A stretch of DNA of 64,000 nucleotides from Thermoproteota archaeon. Lineage in GTDB: Archaea; Thermoproteota; Thermoprotei; Thermofilales; B9-G17. The notes under the pieces are model-generated. The model ran no database searches, was not told the DNA's origin, and was given only the letters and a program-made list of their open reading frames with translations. A program made the translations under genes and the position numbers. Positions 9,066-17,512 of this stretch are shown piece after piece (within the stretch, counting starts at the first letter, position 1; each line of letters opens with the position of its first letter). The stretch spans positions 12,056 through 76,055 of the forward strand of contig JAPDJW010000019.1 of NCBI GenBank assembly GCA_029258885.1, read 5' to 3'.

Positions 9066-9824
9066 GTGAGGGTTAGGGTTGGTGGTAGGGTTTTTGAGGT
9101 TTGTAGGGAGGATGTGTTTAAGGCTGTTAGGGGTGTTAAGCCTGAGCCTTTGTCTGGTAGGAGGAAGTATTATGTTGAGATTGATGGGAGGAGGTATCCT
9201 ATTAAGCAGGTTGTTGGTCTGCTGCTTGGTTTGCCTAGGGTGGCTTTTACGGCTATGGAAGCTTATAGGGTTCTTACGAGGCTTGGTTTTGAGGTGAAGT
9301 CGCGGGAGGATGTTAAGGTTTCCGGTGAGGTCTTGGCTGGCGAGTTGGTGGAGTGGATTTTTGATGAGTTAAGTAGGGTGTTTTCGTCTCATGATGGGCT
9401 TGAGGTTTTTGTTGTTCATAGGGCTAAGTTTGAGGGCTGGGTTAAGGTTGAGCTTGCCCGTGTTCTTGGGAGGCGTTTTAGGGATGTGGTTCCGGAGGTG
9501 GATAATATTGATCTTGTTGCTGATGGCTGGGCTATTGAGATAAAGACTGTGAATACTAACTATAGTTTTCCCGGTGTGCTTGTGAAGCATAGGCCTATAA
9601 CGAAGAATATTATGGATGTTGTGGGGGATATAAGGAAGCTTAAGGCTAAGGCTGGATATAGGTGTAGGGCTGTGTTTTTCGTGGTGTTTCCGCTGCCGGA
9701 TAGGGTTATGAATCAGTGGCGTATTCATCTTAGCAAGATAAGTAGGGAGTTAAAGCATATGTATTCACGTAAATTTAAGTTTAAAAACGGTGTGCCGGGA
9801 GTAATGTACTTGGGACTAATATGA
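9066..9824 (+). CDS. SCO5918/SBD-like N-terminal domain fused to a PD-(D/E)XK nuclease
   Basis: N-terminus VKPEP...YYVEIDGRRYPIKQVV...FTAMEAYRVLTRLGFEV. C-terminus DNIDLVADGWAIEIKTVNTNY. Confidence 0.55.
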   Translation: MRVRVGGRVFEVCREDVFKAVRGVKPEPLSGRRKYYVEIDGRRYPIKQVVGLLLGLPRVAFTAMEAYRVLTRLGFEVKSREDVKVSGEVLAGELVEWIFDELSRVFSSHDGLEVFVVHRAKFEGWVKVELARVLGRRFRDVVPEVDNIDLVADGWAIEIKTVNTNYSFPGVLVKHRPITKNIMDVVGDIRKLKAKAGYRCRAVFFVVFPLPDRVMNQWRIHLSKISRELKHMYSRKFKFKNGVPGVMYLGLI

Positions 9825-9915
9825 TCTGATATAGTTTACTTAGTCTATACGGATAATTTTGGTGTGTATCTTGGAAAGATATATACGTTTATGGTAATAT
9901 ATAGTTAGTGTAGCT

Positions 9916-10158
9916 GTGATTAGTGCTGTTAGGCTGGTTAATAGTTACTCCGATAGGTTTAATGAGATGGAGAGGAGAGTTGATGGGCTTTTGATGGATT
10001 TAGCTGCTGAGGTGGAGGAGGTTACTGGTTTTGCTGTAGAGATAGGTTCGTTGGATATTGATTTAAGGACTACTGTTAGTGTGCTTGAAAAGATGGGTGA
10101 GTCCTTTTATAGGAGGGCTAAGGCGGTTCTGGTTAATGAGGAGCTATTGGTATGGTAG
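9916..10158 (+). CDS. Small hypothetical protein
   Basis: 80-aa ORF with plausible composition and no recognised motif. Confidence 0.4.
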   Translation: MISAVRLVNSYSDRFNEMERRVDGLLMDLAAEVEEVTGFAVEIGSLDIDLRTTVSVLEKMGESFYRRAKAVLVNEELLVW

Positions 10159-10350
10159 AATGAACCAGGTTTAGTGATCGGAGTAATGTCATGCTACTTC
10201 TATCAATATATTAGGCTGGTATTTGGTCTATTATTTTTCTTAGCTTTTTGTTCGTTTGGATTAGAAAATCCTTAAATTTTTCCCTGTCTGGTTGTATTAT
10301 GAATAGTGACAGTTCGTAGCTGTTTGCCACTGACTCTAGAGATATACATC

Positions 10351-10906
10351 CTAGCAAGCTCCCTTGAACAAATATTCTTTTAGCGTGTTTAGGGCTTCTC
10401 TGCGTGTTAGTGTGCCGTACCTAGAAAGGTATAGGAAATCTAGTAGGGTTTTTTGAGGTCTGAATATATTAGCTCGTCTCTTTTAATAAGGCCGAACTCC
10501 GCCATCCCCTGCTTAATTTTTACGAGTTTTACTTTTTCACCTACTATTTTTATGATTTTAGGTCTGAAGAGGGAGTAGCTTACTATGAAGATTACGTCAT
10601 AGTGCTCGTGGGTTACCCCATTTAGCCTTAATGCGGTATAGAGGCCGAAGTACCATTTGTCCCCAACTTGTTCATACCTGGCGATAAAATCCTTAGAGGA
10701 TTCAAGCTCTTCCTTAATTTGAACTCCTCGATAGTCTTAACATAGTAGAGGCCTCTTAGTATTCTGATCACATATCCATATCTTATAATGTGGTTCATGA
10801 AGTAGTCGGGATTTACTTTAAACCTCTCACATAAGTCAGCTATTTCAACCCTAGTTATAACCTTGTCTCCATGCCTTGATAACAGATATCTAGTTACGGC
10901 TTTCAT
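10351..10906 (-). pseudogene. AbiEi/COG5340-type (type IV TA antitoxin-like) wHTH protein with two frameshifts
   Basis: The listed 92-aa ORF (wHTH, RILRGLYYV) continues in another frame as WYFGLYTALRLNGVTHEHYDVIF...YSDL. After a second shift in an A-run it reads KTLLDFLYLSRYG. Confidence 0.7.
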
Positions 10907-10991
10907 GTAGATAGTTATATAACAACCGTCAACTTTTTTAACGCTTGTTATATAACTAACGGATTTGCGAAATTTTCTCTAATGCTAACAC

Positions 10992-11084
10992 CTATAGAGA
11001 ACCTTCAGGATCTATGTTGGTGTCGATGTTGGATGTGTAGAAATATTTCATGAAGAACTGTGTATCATAGACTTTATTCTTCAT
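10992..11084 (-). pseudogene. Truncated VapC/PIN toxin remnant
   Basis: ATGA overlap with the AbrB gene stop. Begins MKNKVYDTQFFMKYFY (PIN-like YDT) and stops after 30 codons. Confidence 0.45.
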
Positions 11085-11326
11085 ATATCTTCTTCTCTCA
11101 GTTTATCTAGCATTTTCTTCATTTTCTCTGGGGTTGCTTTGCTGGCTCCTGTTCCTCCGAGGTCGAATATCGTGGGTATGGGCTTCATGATTATTTTGTT
11201 GTCTTCAAGCCATATGGCTAGTTTTCCGCCTTTCTCTAGGCCTATTTTTCTCCTTATTTTGGCTGGTATTGTTACTTGTCCTTTTCTAGTGATGGTGACT
11301 TCCATGGTGTTTTCGCTTGTTGGCAT
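11081..11326 (-). CDS. AbrB/MazE/SpoVT-family antitoxin
   Basis: VTITRKGQVTIPAKIRRKIGLEKGGKLAIWLEDNKIIMKP. Confidence 0.9.
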   Translation of the reverse strand: MPTSENTMEVTITRKGQVTIPAKIRRKIGLEKGGKLAIWLEDNKIIMKPIPTIFDLGGTGASKATPEKMKKMLDKLREEDI

Positions 11327-11441
11327 TGCTATAATTGATGTGCTGTAATATTTAAGGATGCTGTTGGCTTTTTCTGTGCTTTAGTGCTATGATATTCTTG
11401 GGCTGGCTTTGTGGGTTTAATGGCTTTGTGTAGATATATGT

Positions 11442-12839
11442 ATGTGTGTTTTGTTGTTATATTTGAGGATGTTGTTGTGTAGGTGTTGTTTGGGCGGGTT
11501 GTTGCGGGGTAGGATGGGTGGTTTGGAGAGGTTGTTGAGGGTTTATTGTCTGGCTAATGCTTTGGGTGGGCTTGGGGGGACTGTTTATGTGAGGAAGGAT
11601 TTTGTTTTGAGGGTTGAGAGTAGGTCTAGGGGGTTGTTGCCGCTTTATAAGGGTTTTTCTGCCGACTATATGATGCAGTATTTCTTGAGGTCGTATATTG
11701 TATCGGATTTTATTGATCTGTTGTTGTTCTTTATTAAGGTTTTAGGGGATGTTAGGGTTCATGTTAAGGGTAGGGTTCAGTTGATTATGGTTGAGGATTT
11801 TTCATCTGTTTCCTTGGAGAGGGAGCCTACAAGCTATTTGGCTAAGGTGTCTCTGAGTTTTCCTGGACTATTTAGAGGTGGATGTGTGGATTTATCTGTG
11901 AGGGATTACCTTTATGCCCGTGCAATAGAGGCTGTGAGGAGGGGGCTTAGCGGGAATCTGTCTATTGAATCCTATGGTGTTCGGGGGCCTTGGAGGGGGC
12001 TTAATGGTAGGCAGGTGGGTTTTCTCGTTAGGTCTTTGAGGAACTATTCTCTTGAGGAGCTTTACTCGATATTTGCTTCGCTTAATCCATCTAGGAGTGA
12101 TTTTGAGTTGAGGGCGGGTCTGGATATATTCGAGTATGGTCGGGATGTGGCTGAGGTTTTTCTCTCGGTGTTGGGTAGGTTTAAGGGTAGGGCCGTATGT
12201 GGGAGGCTGAATAGGGCTGTATCGGAGGTTGAGGCGGCTGTATTGGGGAATAGGGATAAGCTTAACCCAATACTGCCTGATAGGGGGTTTGTGGAATGGC
12301 TGTTGGAGTCTATCGAGCATTTATCTGAGTGGGCGAGGATTGATAGGAGCGAGTTGCGAAGGATGCTTCCGTTCCTTGATAGGAGTGTGGTTATAAGGCT
12401 GTGGGAGAGGTCTGTAGATGACCTCTTTATGGGCTTTTATGCGGGTACGTGTATTGCGCTGGATGATAGGAAGGTTATGCACGAATACATCTTTGATCCA
12501 TATACTATCTTCTTTAGGATATACGTTAATGAGAAGCCTATTGGCCACGTAAAGGTATTTATCTGTAGGGATGAGGATGGAGAAGTAGTGCTACACATCG
12601 ACTACATAGGCTTAGCTGGTGGGAAGTATAGGAGGCTTCACGATGCTTTAAAGCTGTACTCCCTATCAGCTGTAGTAAGGTATGCAATGTCTAAAGGCTA
12701 TAGGAGGGTGTATGTTGCAAGGGATATTGTGCAACTACCTCTGAAACCGGTTGAGAATAGGCTGGCTAAATTGGGTAGACACGTGTATTCACAGTATCTC
12801 GATAGTGATAAGTTCCTAATATGGAGTTCATCTACATAG
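11442..12839 (+). CDS. Hypothetical protein with a possible C-terminal GNAT-like fold; true start may be the ATG near 11514
   Basis: Long ORF. C-terminal LWERSVDDLFMGFYAGTCIAL...DPYTIFFRI...IGHVKVFI...LHIDYI. Confidence 0.6.
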   Translation: MCVLLLYLRMLLCRCCLGGLLRGRMGGLERLLRVYCLANALGGLGGTVYVRKDFVLRVESRSRGLLPLYKGFSADYMMQYFLRSYIVSDFIDLLLFFIKVLGDVRVHVKGRVQLIMVEDFSSVSLEREPTSYLAKVSLSFPGLFRGGCVDLSVRDYLYARAIEAVRRGLSGNLSIESYGVRGPWRGLNGRQVGFLVRSLRNYSLEELYSIFASLNPSRSDFELRAGLDIFEYGRDVAEVFLSVLGRFKGRAVCGRLNRAVSEVEAAVLGNRDKLNPILPDRGFVEWLLESIEHLSEWARIDRSELRRMLPFLDRSVVIRLWERSVDDLFMGFYAGTCIALDDRKVMHEYIFDPYTIFFRIYVNEKPIGHVKVFICRDEDGEVVLHIDYIGLAGGKYRRLHDALKLYSLSAVVRYAMSKGYRRVYVARDIVQLPLKPVENRLAKLGRHVYSQYLDSDKFLIWSSST

Positions 12840-12990
12840 CCTGGGCTTAATTTATTGCCTTATCGGCTTAACTAATTTTAGATCATTTCATTTCCGCTTA
12901 CCGCTGGACAGGCATACTTCTTTTAAATGTTAATAACGCGACTATTAAAAATTTAGAGTTTAAAATTGCTATAGAAATATTTGGATTAGG

Positions 12991-13205
12991 GAATGTGAAA
13001 ACATTACTGTTTTGGAAAACAATCTTTCCCGGGAGTTTATGGAATAGACATCACATATTCATCAGGAATAGTCGTTAAAGACGATATATTCGCGGAAAAT
13101 GGCTTATATGTATTTATGTCTCCGGATAATATCGTTGAAAATAATACGTGTACTAGGTATATATTGTTTGAACGGTTTACTTTACTCCATTTTATGGTTA
13201 AATAG
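12991..13205 (+). pseudogene. Remnant of a NosD/parallel beta-helix (PbH1) repeat protein
   Basis: ECENITVLENNLS, then after a frameshift YGIDITYSSGIVVKDDIFAENGLYVFMSPDNIVENNTC. No start codon or full ORF. Confidence 0.5.
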
Positions 13206-13364
13206 CTACCGGTTTAATGGAGCGGACTGTATTAGTGGCGTATTGCTTCTGTGGGATAGGCTGGTTAAATAAGTGTTCTTTGGAGTAGCTTTATTGTTGG
13301 AGGTATGATTCTGGGGTATGTTTGTTGCGTTGTGGTTGGGAATGTTTATTAGGTAGTAGGGTAT

Positions 13365-13402
13365 TTTACTAACGGGGTGTTAGTTTACTAACGGGGTGTT
13401 AG
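13365..13402 (+). repeat. Perfect tandem 19-bp direct repeat (TTTACTAACGGGGTGTTAG x2) ending 1 bp before the ATG
   Basis: Read directly at 13365-13383 and 13384-13402. Each unit contains the inverted pair CTAAC/GTTAG. Confidence 0.95.
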
Positions 13403-13403
13403 T

Positions 13404-14489
13404 ATGTTCTTTGATCCTAAGCCTAAGATGTGTAGGGAGGATTTATATGATAGGGAGAGAGAGTTGCGGGAGTTTGAGTTGGCTTTATCGTCGTCACCTT
13501 TGACTGTTGTTACGGGTATTAGAAGGCTGGGTAAGACCTCCCTTATTCTGGTGGGTTTGAGTGGGAGGCCGAGTGTTATAGTGGATTTAAGGGGTGTTGC
13601 TCAGGCTAGGAGGGCGCTTTATAAGAGGATAGAGTTTGCATTAAATCAGTTCTTTAGGAGTCATAGAAGCTTATGGGATAGGGTGCGTGATAAACTTAGG
13701 GTGGTTAGTGGGGTTGAGGTGCTGGGGGTGGGGGTTTATCTCTCCTGGGGTAAGGGTGAGACTGATCTCGCGGCTCTTTTTAGGAGCCTTGAGGACTATG
13801 AGGTGGTTTTGGTGTTTGATGAGGTGCAGTATATAAGGGGTCCCATGGGGAGGGAGTTGGCGGAGACAATAGCGTATCTCTACGACTACTCCGACTTAAG
13901 GATTGTTGTTAGTGGGTCTGAGGTTGGGCTTCTCTACGATTTTCTGGGGTTAGAGAATCCTAGGGCTCCGCTCTATGGCAGATACTTTAGGGAGGTGAGG
14001 CTAGCGCCATTTACTAGGGAGCAGAGCATAGATTTCCTGAGGAGAGGTTTTGAGCAATTCAGGGTTGATGTGCCCGAGGACGTGCTGGAGGAGGCGGTTG
14101 AGAAGCTGAATGGAATAGTGGGCTGGCTGGTTTACTTCGGTCTAAGGTATATTGAGAAGCGCGGCGGAGATGGTGTAGTTGAGGAAATTGTAGAGGAGGC
14201 TGGCAGGCTAGCGCTGGAGGAGTTTATTAAGTTCACTAGGAAGCATCTGCCAGCGGATAAGAGGATGCTAGAGGTTGCGAAAGCTATAGCTCGGGGACAG
14301 GATACTTGGACGAGTATAAAGCGGCATCTAGAGGACGTGGAGAAGAGAACTGTCCCAGATATGACGCTCAGCCGTACGTTAAAGGCACTATTAAAATCAT
14401 CCTATGTAAAGAAGATTGTCGAGGGGAGAAATATTCGCTACGTTATAGCTGACCCAACGTTAAAGTATGCGCTACAGAAACTCGGCTAA
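13404..14489 (+). CDS. Archaeal ATPase (ATPase_2/AAA) with C-terminal wHTH
   Basis: MFFDPKPK..EDLYDRERE, Walker A GIRRLGKTS, Walker B VFDEVQ, SGSEVGLL, YGRY, C-terminal YVIADPTL. Confidence 0.9.
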   Translation: MFFDPKPKMCREDLYDRERELREFELALSSSPLTVVTGIRRLGKTSLILVGLSGRPSVIVDLRGVAQARRALYKRIEFALNQFFRSHRSLWDRVRDKLRVVSGVEVLGVGVYLSWGKGETDLAALFRSLEDYEVVLVFDEVQYIRGPMGRELAETIAYLYDYSDLRIVVSGSEVGLLYDFLGLENPRAPLYGRYFREVRLAPFTREQSIDFLRRGFEQFRVDVPEDVLEEAVEKLNGIVGWLVYFGLRYIEKRGGDGVVEEIVEEAGRLALEEFIKFTRKHLPADKRMLEVAKAIARGQDTWTSIKRHLEDVEKRTVPDMTLSRTLKALLKSSYVKKIVEGRNIRYVIADPTLKYALQKLG

Positions 14490-14611
14490 CGTTATAGCTT
14501 CACTACAGTATAGGGACTGCTACTGTATGGCTAATAGCATGGGTGAAACTATAGGTTTTCGTAAACTATTAACTTAGTACCCTAAGTTTTCTAAAATATT
14601 AAATATTCAAG

Positions 14612-15433
14612 TTAAAGTATTTTTAATAGGGCTTCTATGGCGACGAAGATTCCTACTCCTATAATTGATAGGGCGTATGCTAGTCTTAGTAGGTAGGGTG
14701 GGGATATTTTCGTCATTTTAGCGCCGATCCACGATGCAAAGAGGGTTGGGATGCCTATTGCTAGGAAGAGTGTCCACTTCATGAAGCCGTGGTATGTTAG
14801 GACTGTGGTTCCGAGGCCGCCTGTGAATATCATTTCGGTGCTTGAGGTTCCTACTGCTACGTGGGTGGGGTATCCGAGTCCTATGAATATTGGGATGTAG
14901 TATATTCCTCCTCCGAAGCCGCATATTCCGGTGGCAAAGCCTGCTAGGAACATCAATGTGAAGAGCTTGTATCCGTGCTCTAACTCCCCTATTTCTGTAA
15001 GGCTAACTATCTTCCTCAATTTTCCCTTCATTTTTAGGGTTTTGTTGAGGACGTATATGCCTATGAGGGTGCATGCTGTGCCGAAGATGACTCTGAGTAG
15101 GAGTCTTGGAACGTATTTTGCGACGATGTAGGCTCCGATGCTTACTCCGAGGCAGGCTGCTATAGCCGATACGATAAGCCCCTTCTTGTATACGTATTTG
15201 TTTCTGAAGTGTACTATTACGCCGGGCAGCGTCGTTAGGGCGATTATAGCCTGATTTATACAGTAGGCTGTCTTTATCGGTACGTTGAAGAGGTATATCA
15301 GCATCGGTATTCTCAGGAAGCAGCCGCCTACTCCTAGCCATGTTGCCATAAATCCTGGAATTAATGCTGTTAGGATCACGTAGAGCCAATATAATAGGAG
15401 ATCCATGAAATCACCATTTGAAAAATTTTTCAA
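14612..15433 (-). CDS. Sulfite exporter TauE/SafE family membrane protein
   Basis: Duplicated GVGGCFLRIP / GFGGGIYYIP...AVGTS motifs and about 8 hydrophobic segments. Confidence 0.85.
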   Translation of the reverse strand: MKNFSNGDFMDLLLYWLYVILTALIPGFMATWLGVGGCFLRIPMLIYLFNVPIKTAYCINQAIIALTTLPGVIVHFRNKYVYKKGLIVSAIAACLGVSIGAYIVAKYVPRLLLRVIFGTACTLIGIYVLNKTLKMKGKLRKIVSLTEIGELEHGYKLFTLMFLAGFATGICGFGGGIYYIPIFIGLGYPTHVAVGTSSTEMIFTGGLGTTVLTYHGFMKWTLFLAIGIPTLFASWIGAKMTKISPPYLLRLAYALSIIGVGIFVAIEALLKIL

Positions 15434-15480
15434 ATGATAATATTTAAGGTTTTCGTTACAATAAAAGTCTCGGTGAATGT

Positions 15481-15870
15481 ATGAGGGTAATCGAGATACT
15501 ACGGGAAATTAACATGCCTCAGGACGTTATCGAATACTATAGGGCGGAGGGCAGATTGAATGAGGTAGTTAAGATCCCTGAGGATGAGGAGATAAGGGAA
15601 ATTGTGGAGGCCTTTAAGTGTCTCTCGAATCCGATAAGGCTTAAATTAATATTGTTGTTGAGTAAGCCGCACTGCGTATGTGTATTGGCTAGGCTGTCTG
15701 GATATGATGTAACGTTAATATCTCATCATCTTGCAAAATTAAAGAAATGTAACCTCGTCAAGGCTAAACCTGTAGCAAGAGCGAGAATATATGTGAGAAA
15801 TGAGGAGTTTTTGAGGGAGCTTTTTACGAAGCTAATGGTTTTCTTCAACGTGAAAATTAGTGCTACCTAG
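15481..15870 (+). CDS. ArsR/SmtB-family transcriptional regulator, divergent from the TauE/SafE gene
   Basis: FKCLSNPIRLKLILLL...CVCVLARLSGYDVTLISHHLAKLKKCNLV. Confidence 0.85.
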   Translation: MRVIEILREINMPQDVIEYYRAEGRLNEVVKIPEDEEIREIVEAFKCLSNPIRLKLILLLSKPHCVCVLARLSGYDVTLISHHLAKLKKCNLVKAKPVARARIYVRNEEFLRELFTKLMVFFNVKISAT

Positions 15871-15883
15871 GAGCGTTAAAGCC

Positions 15884-16561
15884 CTATTTTCTACGTTTCC
15901 TATGCTTCATTTTCGCGTAGCCTATGATTTTTCCAAATAGTTTTGATATTTTTGGTATTGTCGGTAGGTAGCCTACGTCTTCGGCAGCTGCTGTCAGCAT
16001 TATGGTTTTATCGAAGATATGTATCTCCGTGTAGTCTGCATCGTATGACTCTAGATGTTCGTCTATGTCCTCCGAATACTTTATCCTCGCTTCCTCTAGT
16101 TCATCCTTCATTTTCTCGTATAGCTCCTCATCTATGTGACCTACTGCGATTAAGTTTGCGTATCCTATTAACCCCTTCATGTTTACGCCAAATGATGATA
16201 CCCTCAGTTTCGAGTTTTTACATTGCTCGAAGTTTAACATTATCTCGTTTTTCTCTATATCTATGGTCATATCATTTAGGATATAGTGGCCCTTACATTC
16301 AAGTACCTCTAGCACCTTTCCTACGAGACCTTGATATAGGAAATAGTATCCTTCTATAGCTTCCAGCAATGCCAGTAACAGCCTCTCCTTTCTCGGTACA
16401 TATTTATGGTTTTTCATTAGGCTTGTTAGAAAGTGTTTATCATAACGGAACGCCTCAATCAATGATTGTATTGTTTCCTCCCACCTGTAGCCTATTTCCA
16501 TGTAGAAGTCCTCTAAAGCCTCTATCTGTCTCTTAGTTAATTTTATCGATATTTGTGTCAT
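15884..16561 (-). CDS. Hypothetical protein
   Basis: 225-aa acidic ORF with no recognised motif. Confidence 0.55.
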   Translation of the reverse strand: MTQISIKLTKRQIEALEDFYMEIGYRWEETIQSLIEAFRYDKHFLTSLMKNHKYVPRKERLLLALLEAIEGYYFLYQGLVGKVLEVLECKGHYILNDMTIDIEKNEIMLNFEQCKNSKLRVSSFGVNMKGLIGYANLIAVGHIDEELYEKMKDELEEARIKYSEDIDEHLESYDADYTEIHIFDKTIMLTAAAEDVGYLPTIPKISKLFGKIIGYAKMKHRKRRK

Positions 16562-16689
16562 GTATAAATAAGTTCCTGCTTTGCAAATTTTTATTTTTCT
16601 ATACTCATTTTACAAAACGTAGTTTAATTACCGCTTCTATCGGGAGAATTTCTTAGGAAAGAATATATTTTCTTTTATGATAGTACATT

Positions 16690-16929
16690 TTGATGCCTAT
16701 TGTTAAGATTATGCCTAATTTTCAAGTTGTAATTCCCAAGGATGTTAGAGAGAAGCTTAATTTAAGGGTAGGCGACCTACTCAGGGTAGAGATTGAAGAT
16801 GATAAAATAGTTTTAATTCCGATGGTCAGGCGTAAAGGTGATCCGGTAAAGGAGTTGCTTAGTCTCATAAGGGAGCCACTGGATATTGATGCTGTAAGGC
16901 TTATCGAGAAATCCTGGAATGAAGATTAA
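16690..16929 (+). CDS. AbrB/MazE/SpoVT-family antitoxin
   Basis: VKIMPNFQVVIPKDVREKLNLRVGDLLRVEIEDDKIVLIP. Confidence 0.9.
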   Translation: MMPIVKIMPNFQVVIPKDVREKLNLRVGDLLRVEIEDDKIVLIPMVRRKGDPVKELLSLIREPLDIDAVRLIEKSWNED

Positions 16930-16999
16930 ATCTACGTTAATACAAACATTTAGTAGTGCGGGAAAATATGGGAGAAATTCTACAGGAGTTTTTACGTGA
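16919..16999 (+). pseudogene. Possible decayed VapC/PIN start
   Basis: An ATG overlaps the antitoxin end. A shifted frame reads IYVNTNI, like VapC IYVDTNI, then stops. Confidence 0.35.
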
Positions 17000-17104
17000 C
17001 ATACCTCTACGTAACTAAGCCGTAGATTTTCTCTTTCCACCTGAGTAATCTAAGTATACTATGAGTATATCCGATGCCTCTCCTCAGCTTACGGGTTTTT
17101 ATAA

Positions 17105-17467
17105 TTACTTCAATATTTGATTGAATTTTTCCTGTGTTAGCTTATTTATTGCGAATGCTACGAATACGTCCTTTGGCCTAGGCTTAGGCTCCTTAAATAT
17201 CTTCTCTACCTTGAACTTTATCTTTAGCGGCCATAGGCATCTTCCTTCCTCCTTCTCTCTGGGCCATAGGGGTGTTTCATCCCTATATTTCTCGACTACT
17301 CTACCGTATCCAAGTATACCCTTCTTGCCTGTCGCGTAGAATACTACTACGTCTCCCTCCCGGATTTTATTCCATAGTCCCTTGGCTTTTTCACTTACTC
17401 CCCATACACCTTTCTCTAATGCTATTTCCCAGTTTTCGGGTGTTCCACTTAGGAGCCAGTACTGCAT
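17105..17467 (-). CDS. Stand-alone EVE domain protein
   Basis: MQYWLL...NWEIALEKGVWGV...IREGDVVVFYATG...ILGYGRVV...LW......WPLKIKF. Confidence 0.85.
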   Translation of the reverse strand: MQYWLLSGTPENWEIALEKGVWGVSEKAKGLWNKIREGDVVVFYATGKKGILGYGRVVEKYRDETPLWPREKEEGRCLWPLKIKFKVEKIFKEPKPRPKDVFVAFAINKLTQEKFNQILK

Positions 17468-17512
17468 CCTCCCACGTTGTTCATATAGTTTTTATCCTTT
17501 TATTTTTGGTGT

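Noticed and set aside
9069-9080. Telomere-like AGGGTTAGGGTT
   Set aside because: It encodes RVRV using the AGG and GTT codons this genome favours.
1-13300. Calling the island a provirus or integrated plasmid
   Set aside because: No integrase, transposase, replication or virion genes and no flanking direct repeats are visible. The left border is outside the window.
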